Shown here: piece by piece, positions 27,767 through 37,496 of the stretch
Position numbering within the stretch: position 1 is the first letter of the stretch
How the letters are laid out: every line of letters starts with the position of its first letter
IMG/VR virus record: IMGVR_UViG_3300028601_000022
Span: 64,001 to 128,000 of that record
DNA: 64,000 nucleotides
From: a virus
Taxonomy: Duplodnaviria > Caudoviricetes
Direction: 5' to 3' (one strand)
Program-made: the position numbers and the translations under genes
The notes under the pieces: model-generated
Told to the model about the DNA's origin: nothing
Databases searched by the model: none
Seen by the model: only the letters and a program-made list of their open reading frames with translations

Positions 27767-29325
27767 TGGGAAAGGGAGAAGCGAACATCATCATAAGCGA
27801 CCGATTGTATGTGCCGCTGAAGGCCTGGAAGCGCGTCCCTGGCGATACGCGGAAAAGCATAGTGAAGTGGTTCAAGAAGGTGTACGTTTCTCCTAGCACC
27901 TATTGTGACCTCATACAGAATAATAGGCACTGTACCAACTGGGAGAATATGCAAGATGAAGAGGGCAACCAGGCTGCCGATGAAATGTGCAAGTCCTGCC
28001 CTATGGCAAAGCGGAAGTTTGTTTGCGCTTTCCGCAATGAGGAATACGCTTCTTTCTATCGGGGTGACCTTGATAAGGTGAAGAAGGTCATTGCTCTTGT
28101 AAAGAAACACAACAAGGGCATTGAATTGCAGGATGACCGAGTGCTTGCTCCCTTGAAAACGCGGTTCTCTGTAACCGAGTCCGGCGACTCCCGCAGCGAA
28201 AGCCAGAACAAACTAGCCCGTTCTTACATAAAGAAGGGCTACGGTATCCTGGTTGCAGCGGCCCGCTTTGGCAAAACGCGCATGGCTGGTGTTGTTGCGG
28301 CGGAACTAGGGCAGCGCACTTTCGTTCTTGCTCACCAGAAGGAACTCCTTGAGCAGTTTCTTTCCAACTGGTTGAAGTTCACCAACATAACACCTGACCA
28401 AATCAAAATCAATCCTACCGAAGAAGAAGCGAAGAAAATCGCTGTTAGCCTCTTTACATACCAGCACTTCCTGCAAAAGCATGGCAGAAAAAGGCTCAAG
28501 GCCCTACGCAAAGTCCCTGGCCTTGTCATTGTTGATGAAGCCCACCGATGCGGTGCAAAGGGATTCAATCGAACTGTCAATGCCTTTCATGCCATGTATC
28601 GCCTGGGCATCACTGCAACGCCTAACCGCAAGGACAAAGCGTCCTTCCTCATATACAACACCTTCGGCCCTGTCACAGCAGAGGGCGGTGTCGAAATGCT
28701 TAGTTGCGACTACAAAGTGGTCAAGACTGGTGTTATCTTCCCTGACTACGATAAGGTTGCGCATCGCCGGCGATTCCAGTACCTGCAAGCAGCAATGCAG
28801 AAGGATGAGGAGCGCAACGGCATCATTGCAAAACGGGCAGTGCGCAACGTGGATAAGGGCCACCAAGTCCTCATTCCCCTCAAGGGTGTTGCTCATGTAA
28901 AAGAGGTAGCCAAGCTGATTCGTGCCCGCATGAAGAAGGAAGGTTACAGGAATGCCCGCGTCTGTGAGTTCTCCGCTGCCTTTGTAAAGGGCAAGGCTCG
29001 TGAGGAAACCGCGCAGAAGATACGCGACGGCTACTACGATGTGGTTGTTGCCGTGGAGTCCATGATTAACGTAGGCTTTGACGCGCCACACATGAGCAAT
29101 CTTGTCCTTAACGCAGGGACATACTCCTTCAACAACGAAAACCGCTACCAGCTGTTCTCGCGTATCCGCACCAAGTGCGAAGGGAAGAAGAAACCGCTTA
29201 TAGACATTCTTTCGGATGACTGCAAGTGGTCGGACTTCTCCCTTAAGGCCACGTTGAAGCAGATGGAAGAATACAAGTTTACTGAGGTTAAGGCGAAGAA
29301 GAAAAAGAAGGCAAAGGCAACATGA
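27766..29325 (+). CDS. superfamily 2 DNA helicase (UvsW-like)
   Basis: AARFGKT, VDEAH, TATP.RKD, GFDAP, Q..SRI. Confidence 0.88.
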   Translation: MGKGEANIIISDRLYVPLKAWKRVPGDTRKSIVKWFKKVYVSPSTYCDLIQNNRHCTNWENMQDEEGNQAADEMCKSCPMAKRKFVCAFRNEEYASFYRGDLDKVKKVIALVKKHNKGIELQDDRVLAPLKTRFSVTESGDSRSESQNKLARSYIKKGYGILVAAARFGKTRMAGVVAAELGQRTFVLAHQKELLEQFLSNWLKFTNITPDQIKINPTEEEAKKIAVSLFTYQHFLQKHGRKRLKALRKVPGLVIVDEAHRCGAKGFNRTVNAFHAMYRLGITATPNRKDKASFLIYNTFGPVTAEGGVEMLSCDYKVVKTGVIFPDYDKVAHRRRFQYLQAAMQKDEERNGIIAKRAVRNVDKGHQVLIPLKGVAHVKEVAKLIRARMKKEGYRNARVCEFSAAFVKGKAREETAQKIRDGYYDVVVAVESMINVGFDAPHMSNLVLNAGTYSFNNENRYQLFSRIRTKCEGKKKPLIDILSDDCKWSDFSLKATLKQMEEYKFTEVKAKKKKKAKAT

Positions 29326-29522
29326 GTGACCTGGAATACATAATTCACACAATGCAGGCAATGTCAGAGAGTGAGGATGCAACAGAGCGCCTTTTAGCGG
29401 AGCGCATCACCAACTTGGCAAGGTCAGCAGAAAAGGCGAGGCATCGTGCTCAATTTGCTGGAACCCGAATGCTTAGAATGGCGAGAAAGTACCGGGCAGC
29501 ACTGAAACTCATACATAGTTAG
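29322..29522 (+). CDS. hypothetical protein
   Basis: ATGA overlap with helicase stop. Confidence 0.5.
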   Translation: MSDLEYIIHTMQAMSESEDATERLLAERITNLARSAEKARHRAQFAGTRMLRMARKYRAALKLIHS

Positions 29523-29824
29523 CCTAAGGGGAGGTAGTATGGAAATTTCTTTGAGGGATTACTTTGCAGCACCCTGCCCTGAGCAGGAGTTGCTTCTTAG
29601 TGGTATATCAAGCAGTGAGGACTGGCATGTGGGCCGTGTTTAAAGTGCGGGATGATGAAGGAAACAAGGTTGCCGTTCACATTGCTCCTTGTGACTCTGG
29701 TGGATGGCTTTCTCCATTACATGGACTTATTCCCAATTGCAGGTGCCGCCCGGAAGAAGAGTTGAATGAGGGGTGCGTCCCTATCTATATCCATCACCAT
29801 CTACATTAGGAAAGAGAGGACAAC

Positions 29825-30178
29825 ATGGATGAAGTAGTCTACATATCTGGTCCTATGGCAGGCCTTCCTGAGATGAATTACCCTGCATTCAACCGTGCTG
29901 CGCGGCATCTCCGCAACATGGGTTACCAGGTTGAAAATCCGGCTGATAACCCTGAGCCTGAATGCAAGTCCTGGGAAGGGTACATGCGCTTGGCTATCAT
30001 TCAGCTTATGCGCTGTCACATTCTTGTTCGCCTGCCAGGCTGGGAAAACTCCCGCGGCGCCTCCGTTGAAAACGACCTTGCGCAACGCTTAGGGTTCAAG
30101 ATATTTGACCTCCATGTTTTCCTCGGTTTGCAAATACACAAAAACCTGCCCGTTGTGGGCGAGGCAAGCAATGCGTAA
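29825..30178 (+). CDS. DUF4406 / nucleoside deoxyribosyltransferase-like protein
   Basis: YISGPM.G...NYPAF, NPA, LPGWENSRGA..E. Confidence 0.8.
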   Translation: MDEVVYISGPMAGLPEMNYPAFNRAARHLRNMGYQVENPADNPEPECKSWEGYMRLAIIQLMRCHILVRLPGWENSRGASVENDLAQRLGFKIFDLHVFLGLQIHKNLPVVGEASNA

Positions 30179-30262
30179 ATTCGCGTTCCTTATTGTTGTG
30201 GTTGCCCTGCTGGCTTATGCGAGTTTGCGTCCCATAAAAGAATAACTTCCCAGGGAGGGAGT

Positions 30263-31057
30263 ATGCTTACAGAAAAATATACAGGCGGGGGCAAGGTAGT
30301 CCTCATTGCTGGCGGAGGCAAGATATTCACTGACATTGCTGCACGTTTTGTGCAGAGCGAGCGCAACCTGGAAGAAATTGTCTCCTCTCCTTACAGCCGC
30401 CAGATTGTCCAGAATATCCTTGATTCCGGACACCGCGCTGCTTTGGAGTTTGACTTCTTCCTGTTCGGGGTGGAAGGCTATTCTCGCGTTACCGAAGTTC
30501 AATTGGTGCGCAAACGCCTTGCCTCCTACCTCATAAAGTCGGGCAGGGCTGAACTCGGCGGCAAGCGCAGCTACAGCGTGGTCTATCCCCGTGAAGCTGC
30601 CGAGTTTACAGCCAATGTAACGCTGCCGGACGGGCACATGGCTGCACTTAGCGGCCGTGACCTCGCCGATGTATCCAGGCAATGGTACGAAGCTGGCTTG
30701 GAAGCCGGGCTCCCTGAACAGGACCTTCGTTACCTCAAGCCTCAGGCTACCGAGTTCAAAGCCATCATTGGCATGAATGCACATGCCTTGCTTGATTGGT
30801 TTGGCATTCGCTGCTGCCTTAATGCGCAGCATGAAATTCGCCATATGGCTACTTCCATGCTTTCTCTCGCAAAAGAAGCTGCCCCGGACTTGTTTGCAAA
30901 TGCAGGCGCCCAGTGCCTTCAGCTGGGGTACTGCCCTGAAAACGACAGGCAGAACCCTGCTTGCCGCGGTAAGGTATACACGCAGAAACAAGCCATCCAG
31001 ATTCTCAAGGAAGCACGGGCTTACAGAAAACCTGAGATTCTTGAGGAATCCCACTAG
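30263..31057 (+). CDS. thyX: flavin-dependent thymidylate synthase
   Basis: SGH...LEF, SR...QLVRKRLASYLIKSGR, RY..P, RCC.NAQHEIR. Confidence 0.88.
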   Translation: MLTEKYTGGGKVVLIAGGGKIFTDIAARFVQSERNLEEIVSSPYSRQIVQNILDSGHRAALEFDFFLFGVEGYSRVTEVQLVRKRLASYLIKSGRAELGGKRSYSVVYPREAAEFTANVTLPDGHMAALSGRDLADVSRQWYEAGLEAGLPEQDLRYLKPQATEFKAIIGMNAHALLDWFGIRCCLNAQHEIRHMATSMLSLAKEAAPDLFANAGAQCLQLGYCPENDRQNPACRGKVYTQKQAIQILKEARAYRKPEILEESH

Positions 31058-31061
31058 CCAG

Positions 31062-31096
31062 AAAGCCCGCTTCTAATAACACAGGGGCGGGCTTTT
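31062..31096 (+). terminator. intrinsic terminator
   Basis: AAAGCCCGC...GCGGGCTTTT. Confidence 0.75.
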
Positions 31097-31160
31097 ACCC
31101 TACCACCCACGATTAAAATATATAGATACGAATACGGAATAACATAAGGCAGGACGCGGC

Positions 31161-31577
31161 ATGAGCAACTATACCCTTGAGGATGTCTGCCTTACCTGGA
31201 ATGAATATCCGAATTTCATGTTTACGGACGTTCTGGTAGGGCCTGAAAAATCTTTCGTTTTTAAGTTTTCCAACTGCCATAATACCCAGCACAGGCCTAT
31301 TTTTGAGAGTAAATTTTGGGATATATACTCTGTCGTCAGCAGGGGAATATCTAAGCCTGCTGGTCTTATAATGGTGGCAAAGGGTGAGACCGTTGTTTGT
31401 ACAGAAAAAGCGGTTTCGTCCTGCAGGTCAGATAACTCTAAGGACTATATTGAGTCCCTTGAAAAAACAAAACCCTGGTCTTTCAATGGCCTTGACCTTA
31501 TCCGTTATGAGGAGGCCGGGGAAGTTATCACTGACTTGTGCACCATAATGGGTGTAGACGTAACAGTTGAACTATAA
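31161..31577 (+). CDS. hypothetical protein
   Basis: 138 aa ORF with AGGA RBS. Confidence 0.6.
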   Translation: MSNYTLEDVCLTWNEYPNFMFTDVLVGPEKSFVFKFSNCHNTQHRPIFESKFWDIYSVVSRGISKPAGLIMVAKGETVVCTEKAVSSCRSDNSKDYIESLEKTKPWSFNGLDLIRYEEAGEVITDLCTIMGVDVTVEL

Positions 31578-31794
31578 CTACAAGGAGCCAGTTATGGCCA
31601 ATCAGTATGGTATTCCTGAAGGCTTTGGTATACCCAGGGCTCGCATCAGCGTTTTTGAAAAGCCTAAGCCGAACCCGGCCGAAGTAAACATGGAACGCTG
31701 CAGGGTATGCGGTCGCTTTGTAAATGACCATGAAAAGCACTGTCCCCGCGGCCTTGCTTCTCCTCCAGAGAACGACACCTCCGAAAAGGAGTAG
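31567..31794 (+). CDS. small protein with CxxC...HxxxC zinc finger
   Basis: CRVCG...HEKHC; AAGGAG before the MANQ start. Confidence 0.55.
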   Translation: MNYNYKEPVMANQYGIPEGFGIPRARISVFEKPKPNPAEVNMERCRVCGRFVNDHEKHCPRGLASPPENDTSEKE

Positions 31795-31800
31795 CACGTC

Positions 31801-32496
31801 ATGGCTGTAAAGCGTCTTGCTTTTTGCAAGTTACTGAAGGCGCAGTATGTGCCCTACTATGCGTATCCTCGGTTTCGCCCGTCAGAGGCCGTGGACTTTT
31901 ACCAGTTTGGCAAGATTGAAAGACTGCGCAAGCTGTCCGGAATTATTCCCCGCGAGGAGATGGCCGTAATACGGCCCTCGTTACAGGTAAAAACTTGGGA
32001 GCGGCTGCTCAATCTGGCAAATATACCAGAGGCTACTATCGTTATCTCTTCCGAGATTACGAACTACCTCGCAATACAGGCAGCTGCTCTCCTCAACTGG
32101 CGCTGGGTGAACTTGTTCCCTAACTCCGATTGGAAATGGTTTACGCCCTCGCAGCGCGTGAACGAATACAACCGAGATATGTCCTTTATGTTCATCCGCT
32201 CGGTGCTGCCGTCTAAAGACCAGTCTTATCAGATTATGGACTTGATTGACAAGCATCCTCGCGCTCTCAAGGTCATTATCGTTGGTGGAATGCAGGGACT
32301 TGAATACACGGATACGTTTCTGCGCATTCCGGTTCATATTGCTCTGCATATAGAAGGGACAAGAGAGAAGTTACCTCCTGCTGTTCAGGTGAGGTCATCC
32401 GTTGACGTGGACTGCGCTGTACCTGTTCTTACCATGAACTGGTCTAGCACGTTGTCTACCCTTAATGTCTTGAAGAAAGGCGGCAAGCAGGTATGA
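31801..32496 (+). CDS. hypothetical protein coupled to the replicative helicase
   Basis: AAGGAG RBS; stop overlaps helicase start. Confidence 0.65.
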   Translation: MAVKRLAFCKLLKAQYVPYYAYPRFRPSEAVDFYQFGKIERLRKLSGIIPREEMAVIRPSLQVKTWERLLNLANIPEATIVISSEITNYLAIQAAALLNWRWVNLFPNSDWKWFTPSQRVNEYNRDMSFMFIRSVLPSKDQSYQIMDLIDKHPRALKVIIVGGMQGLEYTDTFLRIPVHIALHIEGTREKLPPAVQVRSSVDVDCAVPVLTMNWSSTLSTLNVLKKGGKQV

Positions 32497-34022
32497 ATCC
32501 ATTAAGAGAATGGGCCCAGCACAACCTGATACGGGCCCTAACTGCTCCTCGAAATAAGGAAATCAGCAGAAAGATTCTGCCTGAAATCCGAAAGAAGTGG
32601 TTCGTGTCTCCCAGATACAGGAAGGCCTTCGTTGTCCTAAAGAAGGAGTTTGCTGAAACAGGGAAGTTCCCCTCGTGGAAATCCCTCATGTCGAACCCCT
32701 CCCTTCCGCCTGAGGATTCTAAGTACCTTCGTACAAAGGAAATAAAAAGAAAGAACAACGAGAAGGACGATGTAACTCTCCGCATTCCGGTAACAGAGCA
32801 GGACTACAGCGGTCTTACCGCGCGTATGCGGTTTGACTCGCAGCATGTAGCCCTCATAAACATGCACAACAAGGTTTCAAGTGCCCTCGATGACGATAAC
32901 CTTACGCCGGAAGGTCTAGAGGCTATAACAAGGATTATCCAGGGCACGACTGCTACCGTAAGCGACTTCAATAACACCAAAGGTGAGCATGTTTCCCTTG
33001 ACAGGAAGTCTGCAAAGACTTACCTTAAGAAGGCCTACAAGAACCTGCAAAATCGGTTTTTTATACCGACAGGCTTTAAAGCATTCGACAATGTCAACGT
33101 AGGTATCCCTAGCTCGGCGCTGTTTGTTATCCTTGGAAAGACAGGCGCTGGTAAGTCCTCCTTGGCTTTGAACATTTGCATGAATGGTGCCCGTGCAGGG
33201 GCTAGGGTATGCTTTGTTCCGTTGGAAATGTCGATTGACGAAATGCTGCTTAAGGTTGGTTCACGGCTTCTAATGCAGCCTCTTGCCGAACTGATGCAGG
33301 ACTTCAAGAAGTCCTTCCGCAAGATATTCAAAGTCACTGACCAGTATCTCAAGGACATACAACTGCAAGGTGATGCCTGCTTTGACTTTTATGTGCCGGA
33401 GCAGGGCGACACAGTGCAGGATGTGCTTGACTTCCTTCAGCCCCATGGGTACGACATTGTTTGCTTGGACTACCCTAAGCTTCTGTCTTCTGGCAAGGAT
33501 GAAGAATGGAAGGCTCTGGATAAGGGGGCAGCCTATGCGAAACGCTGGTCAGCCCGTAATCTTACCTATGTCATGTGGCTTGCCCAGATGGATGATTCTA
33601 CCGAAAGTATTCGATACTGTAAGGCCGTGTTGGAGCATGCTTCCAACTCATGGGCAATCTCTGGTGACGTGGAAGAGAACAGAGAGTCTGGTCAAGTGCT
33701 TATAAAGCAGCGAAAGGCCAGAAGCCAGGTACCAATGTCCTTCCCCCTCAAGGCCGACCTTGCATGCTCCTATTTTGGTGATATGGATGAGGACGCTTTA
33801 GGTATCGGTGATGAAGGAATAGGGGACGAAAAGTACAAAAAGAAAAAGAAGAAAAAACGCAAAGACGATGAAATCGAGGACGATGAAGTCACAACGACAA
33901 AGAAGAACCAGGACAAAACAAGGGTGCGCCGTGAAAAGGGCCGCGTTCGTATGCAAGTAGGTCCTGGTCTTGATGATATTAGCTCCAAGAATGACGTGTT
34001 CTTGGATGTTCCTGAGGAGTAG
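32493..34022 (+). CDS. replicative DNA helicase (DnaB-like)
   Basis: IPTGF, GKTGAGKS, LEMS, LDY, AQ, KAR; charged C-terminal tail. Confidence 0.88.
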   Translation: MNPLREWAQHNLIRALTAPRNKEISRKILPEIRKKWFVSPRYRKAFVVLKKEFAETGKFPSWKSLMSNPSLPPEDSKYLRTKEIKRKNNEKDDVTLRIPVTEQDYSGLTARMRFDSQHVALINMHNKVSSALDDDNLTPEGLEAITRIIQGTTATVSDFNNTKGEHVSLDRKSAKTYLKKAYKNLQNRFFIPTGFKAFDNVNVGIPSSALFVILGKTGAGKSSLALNICMNGARAGARVCFVPLEMSIDEMLLKVGSRLLMQPLAELMQDFKKSFRKIFKVTDQYLKDIQLQGDACFDFYVPEQGDTVQDVLDFLQPHGYDIVCLDYPKLLSSGKDEEWKALDKGAAYAKRWSARNLTYVMWLAQMDDSTESIRYCKAVLEHASNSWAISGDVEENRESGQVLIKQRKARSQVPMSFPLKADLACSYFGDMDEDALGIGDEGIGDEKYKKKKKKKRKDDEIEDDEVTTTKKNQDKTRVRREKGRVRMQVGPGLDDISSKNDVFLDVPEE

Positions 34023-34025
34023 ACG

Positions 34026-34544
34026 ATGGATCCTAAAGAAGAAGGACTTGCTTCCTGCCCTGGCGTTGAAGAACCTGCAAGTACAGATACCAACGTGAGC
34101 GGCATGCCTGCAGGCCTTACTTTCAGGGAATACATGGAGCGCCATGTTACTGCGTGTAAGCGCACAGGTAATGTTACAGAACGGATGATTGCCCTCACGT
34201 TCGATAACCCGCAAAGTAATGTCACTTTGACCATGACTTCTATGGGCATGACAACGGAGCTTTCGGAAATTATCGACATTATCCAGAAGAAGGTGTTCTA
34301 CGGAATCCCGATGGACATCCCTTCTCTCCTGGAAGAACTCGGTGATTTTACATACTATTGGGACTTGCTCCTTGACCATCTGCGCAGGGAACTCTGCTGC
34401 GATGCAATCAACGACATTACCATCCGCGACTTGAACCGGAAGAAGCTGCAAATACGCTACCCTGACGGTTACAGCAACAAGCGCGCCCTGGAAAAAGACA
34501 AAGCGGCAGAGCGCGCCGTTTTTGAAAATCCTGAACTGTACTAA
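34026..34544 (+). CDS. hypothetical protein
   Basis: GAGGAG RBS; 172 aa. Confidence 0.6.
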   Translation: MDPKEEGLASCPGVEEPASTDTNVSGMPAGLTFREYMERHVTACKRTGNVTERMIALTFDNPQSNVTLTMTSMGMTTELSEIIDIIQKKVFYGIPMDIPSLLEELGDFTYYWDLLLDHLRRELCCDAINDITIRDLNRKKLQIRYPDGYSNKRALEKDKAAERAVFENPELY

Positions 34545-34561
34545 CCGCCCTCGGAGGCTGT

Positions 34562-35398
34562 ATGAAAGACGTTCTTTTCCCTATCGTTCCTCTCTGCGAG
34601 AAGCAACTCCGCGACGTCCGTGAAGAAGACCGGGTTTTCGTCAACGGCGTACCTCTTGCCCGCACTTGCCGCATTGATAAGGCTGGCGGCGGATATGACC
34701 AGTTTCGTGACATTTTCCTTGCGCGCTTTGGCATTGATACTGGCCCTGACCACTTCATTGCCCAGCTTTATGGCTGCACCCACGAATGCCCTTGGTGCTA
34801 CATCACTATAGACGGCGTTTGGGGTGATGCTGTCCAGCTTAAGGCTCGCGAGATTGTAAACCTCGTGCATTACGTCAATGAAAAGCGCCGGGCCGCGGTC
34901 TCCGTGTACGACGCACGAACAGGCACTATTCAGGACGCCCAACCACAGATTCAGGTACTACATCTTATGGGAGGTGCCCCTGCACTGTACCTCAACTCCT
35001 GGCCTGCCCTGTATCACGAAACCCTCAAAGCCGACCTTGTATTTCACAGCGACTTTCTGCTGGACGAAGGGCTGTACAATATCCACGTTCTTGAATGCCT
35101 GGCTGGCCTGTACAAAGAGTATCAGGAACGCGGTGCTAGCCACGGCTATTATACTCCCTGCAACTCCGGCCAGCTTCATGCGGTTTCATTCAAGCCCGGT
35201 GCGCCTCTTTCGCGTCTGCAACTTGCCAATCTCAAGGCTCTTCATGCAAGCGGTCTTCCGTTCTACATTACTTTCACCGGCATGCAGGAAGAAGAGATTC
35301 AGGCGCGCAAGGCGCAGGTTATTGCAGCAGGCATCACCGAAGAGGTGTTCAACGACAGCTTCTCCATCAGCCTCAAGCACTACAAGTCCTTGGATTAG
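34562..35398 (+). CDS. radical SAM-fold protein (possibly QueE/activase-like), unrelated to paralogs A-E
   Basis: QLYGCTHECPWC and LHLMGGAP. Confidence 0.65.
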   Translation: MKDVLFPIVPLCEKQLRDVREEDRVFVNGVPLARTCRIDKAGGGYDQFRDIFLARFGIDTGPDHFIAQLYGCTHECPWCYITIDGVWGDAVQLKAREIVNLVHYVNEKRRAAVSVYDARTGTIQDAQPQIQVLHLMGGAPALYLNSWPALYHETLKADLVFHSDFLLDEGLYNIHVLECLAGLYKEYQERGASHGYYTPCNSGQLHAVSFKPGAPLSRLQLANLKALHASGLPFYITFTGMQEEEIQARKAQVIAAGITEEVFNDSFSISLKHYKSLD

Positions 35399-35403
35399 GG
35401 AGC

Positions 35404-35940
35404 TTGCATATGCCATCCTGCCCCTCTAAGTCAAGCTTGCATCTTGAAGGACCTTGCCCTAATACCCGATGCTACAACTACGTTCCGACTCTTGACTACT
35501 GCTGCCTTCCTTTGCATGGCAGTATCTACGGGAAGAGCCCGTCGGACATTCTGGCCAGCCTCTACGGGAAGTCCTACAAAATGACGGTAGCGCTTTCCAT
35601 AAAAGCTTCCAGAATAGCTTATGCACTTAAGGGGTTGGAGCACCGGCCAAGCCGTGATATTTCTCCTTTTGAAGGAACTTGGTGTTCTCGCGTTGTTAGC
35701 GCAGGCCCCGTAGACCCTCGCCTGCACTGGACGGAGTTTACAAAGCAGAATGAAGGTAAGAAATTTACCGACAGAATGCTCCAAGTTCTCAATACAATGG
35801 AAGTACATGAGTATTCCCTTGCTGAGGTACTGAAGTCCTACAAATCAACCTTTAGCACTCTTGACTTTGCAGCGTTCGCTTTGCAGGACACCGATGCGGA
35901 GTCTGTGGAGCAATTGATAAGGAGCCTACGATGGACCTGA
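35404..35940 (+). CDS. hypothetical protein with Cys-rich N-terminus
   Basis: 178 aa, operon packing. Confidence 0.55.
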   Translation: MHMPSCPSKSSLHLEGPCPNTRCYNYVPTLDYCCLPLHGSIYGKSPSDILASLYGKSYKMTVALSIKASRIAYALKGLEHRPSRDISPFEGTWCSRVVSAGPVDPRLHWTEFTKQNEGKKFTDRMLQVLNTMEVHEYSLAEVLKSYKSTFSTLDFAAFALQDTDAESVEQLIRSLRWT

Positions 35941-36347
35941 AAAAGTTTGTTCACTGCCCTAAAGTCGGCTGCAATAAGCCTCTGCGCGGTTCTTGGAGCG
36001 ACTACCTTACAGGCGAGAACCACCCTAAGACGGGTCTCCCTGTGTATCAGTGCCCTCATTGCCATATGAAGTTCACTGCGGATTCCTTCAAGGTGAACGC
36101 AGTGCCTGTTACCTCGGACGACAAGGATGTTGTCCTCTACGATGTATTTGCCAGGCGCGTCATTGACATTATTCCGGCGCGCTTGAAGTTTACCGACGGC
36201 AAGTTCCACTACGTCCATATTCCCATGAATATGTGCATTCAGGAAAACCTGCGCTGCTTCTCCTTTTCGGTAAAGGGCCTCGAACCCAACGAGATTGAAG
36301 CCCTGTGCGCGGAAGCCGTTAATGCAAAGTTGGAGGTACTACGATGA
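35931..36347 (+). CDS. zinc-ribbon protein
   Basis: CPKVGC...CPHC; AAGGAG RBS. Confidence 0.6.
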   Translation: MDLKKFVHCPKVGCNKPLRGSWSDYLTGENHPKTGLPVYQCPHCHMKFTADSFKVNAVPVTSDDKDVVLYDVFARRVIDIIPARLKFTDGKFHYVHIPMNMCIQENLRCFSFSVKGLEPNEIEALCAEAVNAKLEVLR

Positions 36348-37018
36348 CCGCAGAACTTACCGGCGGCCTGAACTCCAATTCCATAGTCTATACAAAAACC
36401 CTTCTTGATGACCTTGGCATCTACCTCAATCGTCGGCAGCGGGCTTCCGAAGTCTACCCCAAGTTCTGTGCCCGGTATGGAGTGGATGGCATAGTAGCCG
36501 CTATGGCTCCGTTTGAAGAACTCCGCACTTCCGTTGCCCTTGATACCAAGGCCTACTCGGATGCCGTTGACTACGTAGGGGCATTTCAGGATATAAGTGG
36601 TAGGACAGAAACGGCCTTTGCAAACTATACCCACAGCAACGTGGCCCTGGAATACGTTTCCAAGGCTTTCAAGTCCTTGCAGGCACTGTTTGAGGAAAGG
36701 AACAATCTCGTAAAGGAATTCCTTAGCAAGATTGCTTGCCACCTGGAATACTACCCCACTATTCAGGACAACATCGACACCCTCAATACAATTTTGTCTA
36801 GGAATGACCAGAAGGACACCTATGCCCTTATATGTGTCCTGGAACTTTCCAAGTCCCGAGACCGGGGCCTGGGTGTTGCAACGCAGCAGTCTATCTTCCA
36901 TCTTACCCAGACCGATGAAAGCATGAAGTCGGTATTCACGCGATTCCGTTGGCTGATGCTCCAGGAGCTTGGGTATATGGAAACCTTTGACTTTCTGTGT
37001 TCCCGGGTAGAGGCGTAA
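36344..37018 (+). CDS. hypothetical protein
   Basis: GGAGG RBS, ATGA overlap. Confidence 0.6.
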   Translation: MTAELTGGLNSNSIVYTKTLLDDLGIYLNRRQRASEVYPKFCARYGVDGIVAAMAPFEELRTSVALDTKAYSDAVDYVGAFQDISGRTETAFANYTHSNVALEYVSKAFKSLQALFEERNNLVKEFLSKIACHLEYYPTIQDNIDTLNTILSRNDQKDTYALICVLELSKSRDRGLGVATQQSIFHLTQTDESMKSVFTRFRWLMLQELGYMETFDFLCSRVEA

Positions 37019-37091
37019 TCCATCATGTATGCTTGCCAAGAATGTGGTGGCTCACTTATAAACATGGGTCATTGTTTTCTATGCGAGTGCT

Positions 37092-37364
37092 GTGGCTGGT
37101 ATGAACGGAGGTATTGGTGGTATGCCAAAAGAGGGTACAAAAGAAGGGATGTACGAGATACACGTCACGGTTGCCTGGGTTGACGTGTATATGAGGCAAC
37201 AGGTTATCAAGGATATCATTTACAGCAAAACACCTAGCGTTACCGATAGTGACCTTGATGACCTGCAAAGCACTTCTGGTTGCGGCAGGGAGCCTAGTAT
37301 TATCGACGTTGTGGTAAAAGGAAAGTGGGAAAAGGGTGAGTTAAAGCCCTACTTGCCTACTTAG
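37092..37364 (+). CDS. hypothetical protein
   Basis: Short ORF; start uncertain. Confidence 0.35.
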   Translation: MAGMNGGIGGMPKEGTKEGMYEIHVTVAWVDVYMRQQVIKDIIYSKTPSVTDSDLDDLQSTSGCGREPSIIDVVVKGKWEKGELKPYLPT

Positions 37365-37380
37365 GTGAATTGAGCTTCGG

Positions 37381-37496
37381 CTCGGAAGTTGTGGTAAAAG
37401 AAGCGCCTACAAGTACCCTGTGGTGTCACGGGAGTATCTGTAGGCGCTTCTTTTTGGGCTATTTTCAGCAATGCGTGTCAATACACGTCTTTTCTA
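37381..37496 (+). repeat. copy 2 of dispersed structured intergenic element / terminator
   Basis: AAGAAGCGCCTACA-AGTACCCTGTGGTGT...-TGTAGGCGCTTCTTTTTGGGCTATTTTCAGCAATGCGTGTCAATACACGTCTTTTCTA. Confidence 0.85.
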
